Positions 59,798-64,000 of a DNA stretch of 64,000 nucleotides are shown in pieces (positions within the stretch are counted from its first letter, which is position 1; each line of letters begins with the position of its first letter). Both the position numbers and the translations under genes were made by a program. Location: the NCBI RefSeq assembly GCF_009914755.1, contig NC_060932.1. One strand, given 5' to 3'. The notes under the pieces were generated by a model. It was given only the letters and a program-made list of their open reading frames with translations. It had not been told where the DNA came from and made no database searches. This stretch comes from the human T2T-CHM13v2.0 reference genome, Homo sapiens.

Positions 59798-60139
59798 CCT
59801 CTAAAGAACAAAGGAGAAAGTGCCTTAGATTAAGGACTCAAGAGAGTTGGCATTTTAGATGTATATTAAAAAAAAGAAATAAAAACAGACAAACAATGGG
59901 GAATTTGCTTCCAGCACTGAACAGATTATTTAACATCACTTAAAGCATGAGTGATGTTATTTAAGACCAAATATGCAGGATTTAAGTATTTCTGGAATTG
60001 ACCACATAGACGTAAAACCAGGCTACATTTTTTAATGGGATATTTCAGATTGATATGGAATACTACGTTGTCGAAAATGAAAACCTTAAAACTAACAGAG
60101 AATCTCAAATATAAACCCTAAATCTTTGGTGGGACAGAA

Positions 60140-60780
60140 TTCAATTAATAAATACCCAACAAATACCTCTTCTAAGTAAGGACTGTGCTGGGTGATTCAG
60201 AAATGAGTAAACTCTGTTTCTTGATTTAATAAGTTTACAACACTGAGGAAAAAACCAACAACAATAGCAAAAAATCACTGTACTGAATTGGTAAGTACAA
60301 CAGCTAGAATGAAGGAAATACTGTAATTGCACAAGAAGGGAGCTACTAACTCTACTTTTCAGGGAGATATTCTAGAAGAGGTGACAATTGAACCAAGTCA
60401 CAAAGAGCAAATGAGTAGGATGTGATCTGATGGAGAATAAAGGTAGGGGAACTTTAGGGAATTTTGGACAGAGACAGAAGTCCTCACAGGACGAGAATCA
60501 CTAAGAAAAAACATGGCTTGTCCAGGAAGAGCAAGCAGACCCCAGAAGCAAGATCACAGCAGTCACAGAGGATAGTGGAGGATGATGAGGCCAAAAATGC
60601 CAGTAAAACTCAGGCCTTGACCACCATGCTAAGGTGGCTAATGGCAATGAGTAACCACCAAGTATTTTAAGGATATTAGTAGTGTCATCAGATTTAACTT
60701 GTAGAAAACCTACCTAACTTATTGGAAAGTGGAGAGAAGGAAAGGCAGTGATGAGTGCTCAGGCAATAACACAGGGATCC
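60140..60780 (-). mobile_element. L2 fragment
   Basis: ttcaattaataaatacc...gactgtgctgggtg; tagaagaggtgacaattgaacc. Confidence 0.55.
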
Positions 60781-60807
60781 CCAGGTAACTTTAAAAATAA
60801 ATGACTC

Positions 60808-61294
<487 letters not shown>

Positions 61295-64000
61295 CTAAAT
61301 GCTGGATTTTCTCCCAAGTGATGCCTTAGCAATCTTATTCTTCCACAGAGTTTGAAAAGGTCAAATTCCCAAATTCATTTCATAAGGTGAAGGGCAAGTC
61401 ACAGAAAAGATAATGAAGCATATCATGAGAAATAAAACAAGGTGTTTCCTAATCTGCAGAATGACTTTGTGCTAGCTAAGTAGATCCATCTGCCAGGCTT
61501 CACCTTGTCTCTACAGCGTCTTTTCCTAGATGCCAGGGCAGTGTTTTTCCCCAACGTATTTTACATGAAATACTAAAATCCAAGGTAAATTGAGAATGCT
61601 AAGATCAATGCATTTGTTAAAATATCAATACAACAAGAACAGCTGGCTTGTACCCTTCCTTGAAAAAAAAAAAAGCTTTCTGAATGTTCCTGGCAGATCT
61701 GTCATCTCTTCCTCAAATCAAGTGACAAGTGAGTTATACAATGGGGCTTCAAAAGGTTCAAACCATATTGCACAGCAGATGCTCTAAAACTATTTTTCAG
61801 AGAGTCTGTTCAGGCCCCCTCCTGCCCTCTGATTCCCTTTAAGCGATTTATGACCTAGTCTCTTTTTGCATCAGTTACACCATGACCACATTAATTCACA
61901 AGATGAATTAACCTCACCTCTATTTCAATATTTCTGAACACCCCCACCACTACAGCCCCCAACATCTCACCACCATATATACACATTATTCTCTTTCACA
62001 TATTGTCTAATGCAGGATTATTCCAGAAATGTATTAGTGCCAAAATGACCAATGTGATACACACTGAACTTTTACCTAATGCACTGGTTCTGGTCCTTTT
62101 TGCTTTTGTTCCACCATAAATCCTCCAGCAGCTTTCATTTTTGAGGATAACGGTCTTTTTTCTCATTTCTATTTCATCTTATTTCCCAATCAATCTCACC
62201 TTAAAATTAACCCAGGTTAGCACTTCATATGATGCTCATCATATATGAAATTCTATAGATCGTCCTTGGATCCACATTTTAGAGGTACTCTTCATTATAA
62301 TGCTACTTTCAATGAATTCTTACCTTTGACATATTGAGACTACAAAATACTTTGCATTTATAGATCTTATTGAATTCATGACTATTACCTACACAGCAGC
62401 AAATCATGAAAATTAGAGTTAGAAAAGTCTTATTAGGACTGCGAGTCCATCCCCAGAGGTTATCTAAGAATGTTACTTATAATTCAGCATTTATTAAGTC
62501 CTCAAAATGGACTAGGTTCTTTACAGAACAAAGAGCTACACAGAGTTTCAGCCCAAGTTATTTACAATAATGCACCATCACCCTGTCCATTTTTCTCTTT
62601 AAAGGGCTCCACAAATGGGGCTTCTAATGTGAGCTCCACAAACAAAGATTGTATGGCTTGATAAATTTTTCTTACGAGAATCAGGAACAAAATAAACATA
62701 TAGAATATGAACTCTGGGAATAACTTCTTTCAAAGTTTCATCCAATTTTCTTTTCTATATTTAAGTAGGACAGAAGAAAACCAATTCACAGTCTACATCA
62801 TTTCCTACTTTGTAATAATTGAATAGCTGAATAATGTCTCCACACTCCTTTTCTTCTGCTTTCTTCATCTCCCTCTTTCAATGAGAATACATTTGTATAC
62901 ATACCTATCATTTAATAAAATACATTATACAGTGCTTAACATATAGTGGGCACACAATACATTTTTGTTAAATAGATGTATAATAAGTACACATTTTTTG
63001 GATAACGTGATTGTGGTATGCCTGACTCATCTTTGCAGAACAGTATGCCAGTACTTTGAATATTCACTCTGCTTTAAAAAATCTGCTGGATCAAATGCAC
63101 AGTTCTTCAACACACCTCAAAAATACATAGATTCACAAGTCATAGATAATTTAAGTTAACGAATATTCACACCAAGATTTTGATTGTCATTTAAAAATTA
63201 TTTTAACTAAAATATACCACTGTCCACCAGGGGAGTTTTAAAATATACCATTGTCACTGGGAGGATGAGTGGTAGAAACTACCAAGATAACTAATAATGT
63301 CCCCCCCCCACCTCTTTTTTTTTTAATGTTTACTGAATTAATTGAACTGGAAAGTTATTGGTCTCAGACATAGATACGTAATTTAAATAAATATGCAGGT
63401 GCTGTGGAAACTATATAGCCAGTTGATGAACTGAATATATTACTACATTTCACTGCTTGTTTCAGGATCTATGTATTCAATGCAAAAACCTCAGGGTGCA
63501 ATTTGTAACTCATTCTTTCATCTTGGCTCTGGAAATAGAGTAATAATTATTCTTTTAAAAAAAACCCTGTGATATTTGCCATACAATAAATAAAACACTG
63601 ATCTTCTATTTTCCTGCCAAAGGCAAATGGACATTGAGCAGTAGTATTTCTTTTCCAAATGCTCTCTTGACCTATCATACCCTTTCTCGTATCCTCCTTA
63701 TGGAACTCCCACCCCAACCAAACAGTAGACACATGGAGATGTATCACCAATGCATTTGCCTGAAAATGAAAATATTTGTCATAAAGTAAGTCTAATATTC
63801 TGAAATTGATGTTCACTAGAAGTGAATAAACAAAGCATGAAAAGATTTGCAATTGAAAGTACAAAGATCATCACTATTTAGATTAAGTGATAGGCAATTG
63901 CAGTAAAACTTCGCTGCATTAGAAACCTCATTTAGGAATACGTTAGCTAAATATTACAATAGCTATGAAAGAAATCTCTACAGCTCTGGTTTGCTAGTCA

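Overview
This is primate (human-like) non-coding DNA, intronic or intergenic, AT-rich and with no CpG island. I find no supportable host protein-coding exon, RNA gene, CRISPR array or prokaryotic system. The longer ORFs in the track are LINE-1 ORF2 remnants, translations of Alu or LTR sequence, or chance ORFs. The window is a layered record of transposable elements: a near full-length L1PA6-like element (about 52400-58599, minus strand), several older L1 3' fragments, 14 Alus and 2 FLAM monomers, solo LTRs (MSTA, MER9/HML-3, MER66-like, THE1, MLT1), DNA transposon relics (MER58A, Tigger2a, MER47B, MER20, MADE1), and L2/MIR fragments. Many retain readable target-site duplications (TSDs). The most notable structures are: (1) a candidate ~440 bp L1 3' transduction, shown by a displaced TSD inside a split L2; (2) a ~265 bp local templated copy inserted 1.8 kb downstream into an AT microsatellite inside an L1; (3) a twin-priming 5'-inverted L1; (4) several small template-switch and slippage scars. 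Family and subfamily names come from recall of consensus sequences, not from a search. I found no evidence of a novel biological system.
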